DNA of 64,000 nucleotides from Sphyrna mokarran. Lineage: Eukaryota. The notes beneath the pieces were generated by a model, which was given only the letters and a program-made list of their open reading frames with translations, was not told where the DNA came from and searched no databases. The stretch spans positions 85,002,001-85,066,000 of the forward strand of contig JAGIQG010000004.1 of assembly GCA_024679065.1 (NCBI GenBank). Reading direction: 5' to 3'. Position numbers and translations under genes: made by a program. Below, piece by piece: positions 61,903 through 64,000 of the stretch; the stretch's first letter is position 1; each line of letters begins with the position of its first letter.

Positions 61903-62316
61903 TGTTCCCGTACTTCCTCTTAAATTACCACTTTTTTTTGCCTTAGTAACTTAATGTGGCACAATCTTCTATGCTCAAACAACTCCAGTGAAGACATTTC
62001 AGTTCACTCTATTTGCAGTCATTTTTAATTTATGACCTCCCAATCATTAGCACTGAAACCAGAAAAATAGACTTCCTGATTTTTCAACTATCCAAACTCT
62101 TCATAATTTTTAGAACCTTTCCTTCTAGATAAATGCGATTAGTATCTTGAGTCTGCTTATCACTACTACTATGTCTCAGTGCTGTAATCCTGGATAGTCT
62201 ATGCTATACATTTTTTGATGCAATTTTTTTATAGTGGAAAAACTAAATTTAACACCATGCACTAACTGTGTACCAATAATGCCTTGTAAAAACAATCTGT
62301 TTATTATCCAGTAATC

Positions 62317-62498
62317 AGGTGTTCGGATTTCCTCCCATGGTCCAAAGATTTGAGGTTAGGTGGATTGGTCATACTAAATTGCCCGTTAGTGTCAGAGGGT
62401 CTTAGCAGGGTAAATACGTGGAGTTAAGGGGAAAGTGCCTCAATGCAGGCTGGATGGGCCAAATGGCCTCCTTCTGCACTGTAGGGATTCTGTGATTT
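62317..62498 (+). mobile_element. 5'-truncated HE1-like V-SINE
   Basis: ggtgttcggatttcctcccatggtccaaagat...gggccaaatggcctccttctgcactgtagggattctgtgatt. Confidence 0.85.
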
Positions 62499-63159
62499 CC
62501 ATTCAATGAACTCGCACTCTCAGCAAAGCACCCACTTTCTGAAATACGTATTTCTTCAACTCTTCAGCCTCCTATATATGATAGAGTGATACCAACACCT
62601 CCTCAACTTCAGAAACCTGGAGCACAAGCAGTTAGACTGCTTGCTGGGCACGGGGTCATCACTGACGCATTTGGAATTATCTCTATCAGCCAGACATTGT
62701 AAATCACAGACTCTGGACTAAACAAAATTATTTTTCTCCTAATTTAATAAAATCAAACACAACAGCATACAGATTTAACTTTCACATATAATTATAGACA
62801 AACTGAAATTTGGATCTCTGCTGACACTAAACTTCACATTCTAGCATTTCACATTTCACTGATCTTTCGCTGCCGAGCAGTACTCAGCATGTTGCCTAAA
62901 AGCTCGATTGGGAAATGTTGCCCCATTTATTACATGAACAGATTTGGTTACAAAGTGTAGCTGAATATTCCACATTCATCAAGGAGTAGAGGAATAGGAG
63001 AGCTGACAGGATCTGGTCAGTCACCTGTTTGATTTTACACTCCTTTGAAGTCAATGAGAGAGTGCAATCTAGCTAGTGTAAAATGGCATGTGCCCTGATC
63101 CCATCTGGGCAGATTTATATAATTTCACTTCCAGTAAACATGGTTAGTGTGGATACCTC

Positions 63160-64000
63160 AAAGGCCCTGACAACATCTCGGCTGCAGCACTGAACACATG
63201 TGCTCCAAAATTAGCCATACTGCTAGCTAGGCTGTTCCTGTACAGTTTCAACTTGGCATCCACCTGACAATATGGAAAATTGCCCAGATAGATCCTGTCC
63301 ATAAGAAAGCATGTGAAACCCAATTTGGCCAATTACCAGTCCATAAATTGACTCTCGATCATCTTCAATGTGATAACATTGTCAATGTCACATTCTATCA
63401 AGCTGTACTTACCAGTGAACTGCTCACTAATGCTTAGGATGGGTTCCACTGGGGCATTTGGCTCCAGTTCTCTTTGTTGCCTTAGTCCAACATGGACAAA
63501 GAAGCTGAACTCAAGAGATGGAATTGACTGCCCTTGACATCAAGGCTGCATTTAACCAGATGTGGGATCAAGGAGTCCAAGCAAATTTGATGTCAATGGG
63601 AATCTGAGTGGAAAACTTTTCACTGGTTGGAGTCTTACCTAACACAAAGAAAGTTGCTTTTTGGAGGCCAATTAGCTCCACCCAGGTCACTGGTGTAGGA
63701 ATTCCTTCGGGTAGGTTCCTGGGCCCAACCATATTCAACTATTTCGATAATCACTTTCCCTCCAAAATAAGGTCAGAAGTGGCAATGTTCGCTGATAACT
63801 GCACAATATTCAACACCATTCATGACTCTTCAGATACTTTAGTTGTCTATGCTATAAGACCGTGATAAAATGCAGGCTAGAAGGATAAGTGATAAGTAAG
63901 ATTTGTGTTGCAGAAATACTGTGCAATAATCATCGCCAACAAGAGAGAATCTAACCATTTCCTGAAACCGTCATTGAAATCCCAGTATTAACATCTTGGG
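63160..64000 (+). mobile_element. CR1-group LINE RT region, decayed (runs off the window)
   Basis: GPDNISAAALNTCAPKLAILLARLF; WKIAQIDPVHKK; ANYQSI; ALDIKAAF; GIPSGRFLGPTIF; MFADNCT. Confidence 0.88.

Larger units (their letters stand above)
37538..64000 (+). other. Intron 1 of the ephrin-B gene (extends beyond the window)
   Basis: GT donor at 37538. No exon-2 peptide (FL.G.GLV.YP.IGDKLDIICP) was seen downstream. Confidence 0.7.

Overview
Eukaryotic, repeat-rich vertebrate DNA, most likely from a shark or other elasmobranch (inferred from HE1/V-SINE-like, Deu-SINE-like, CR1 and Penelope-like repeat content). The only host gene I can support is the CpG-rich promoter, long 5'UTR and first coding exon (37419-37537, + strand) of a class-B ephrin, most like EFNB1. 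Intron 1 runs beyond the end of the window (>26 kb; exon 2 was not found). The rest is nested transposable elements: many CR1 LINE fragments, tRNA-derived V-domain SINEs, Deu-domain and LF-SINE-like relics, a PIF/Harbinger family (decayed transposase, decayed two-exon Myb/SANT partner gene, MITEs), Gypsy relics, and Penelope-like inverted-repeat insertions with decayed hammerhead cores. Several TE-free blocks look like enhancers. Best observations: a CR1 LINE that appears to carry a captured SINE inside its 3'UTR and propagate it; an A-B-A chimeric CR1 insertion; a near-perfect Penelope-like hairpin with a target-site duplication (TSD); and an ephrin exon 1 mixing B1-like and B2-like features, with a uORF and clustered GGATAC motifs in the 5'UTR. 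I see no convincing evidence of a wholly new biological system. Family names come from recalled motifs, not from searches, and most TE boundaries are approximate.
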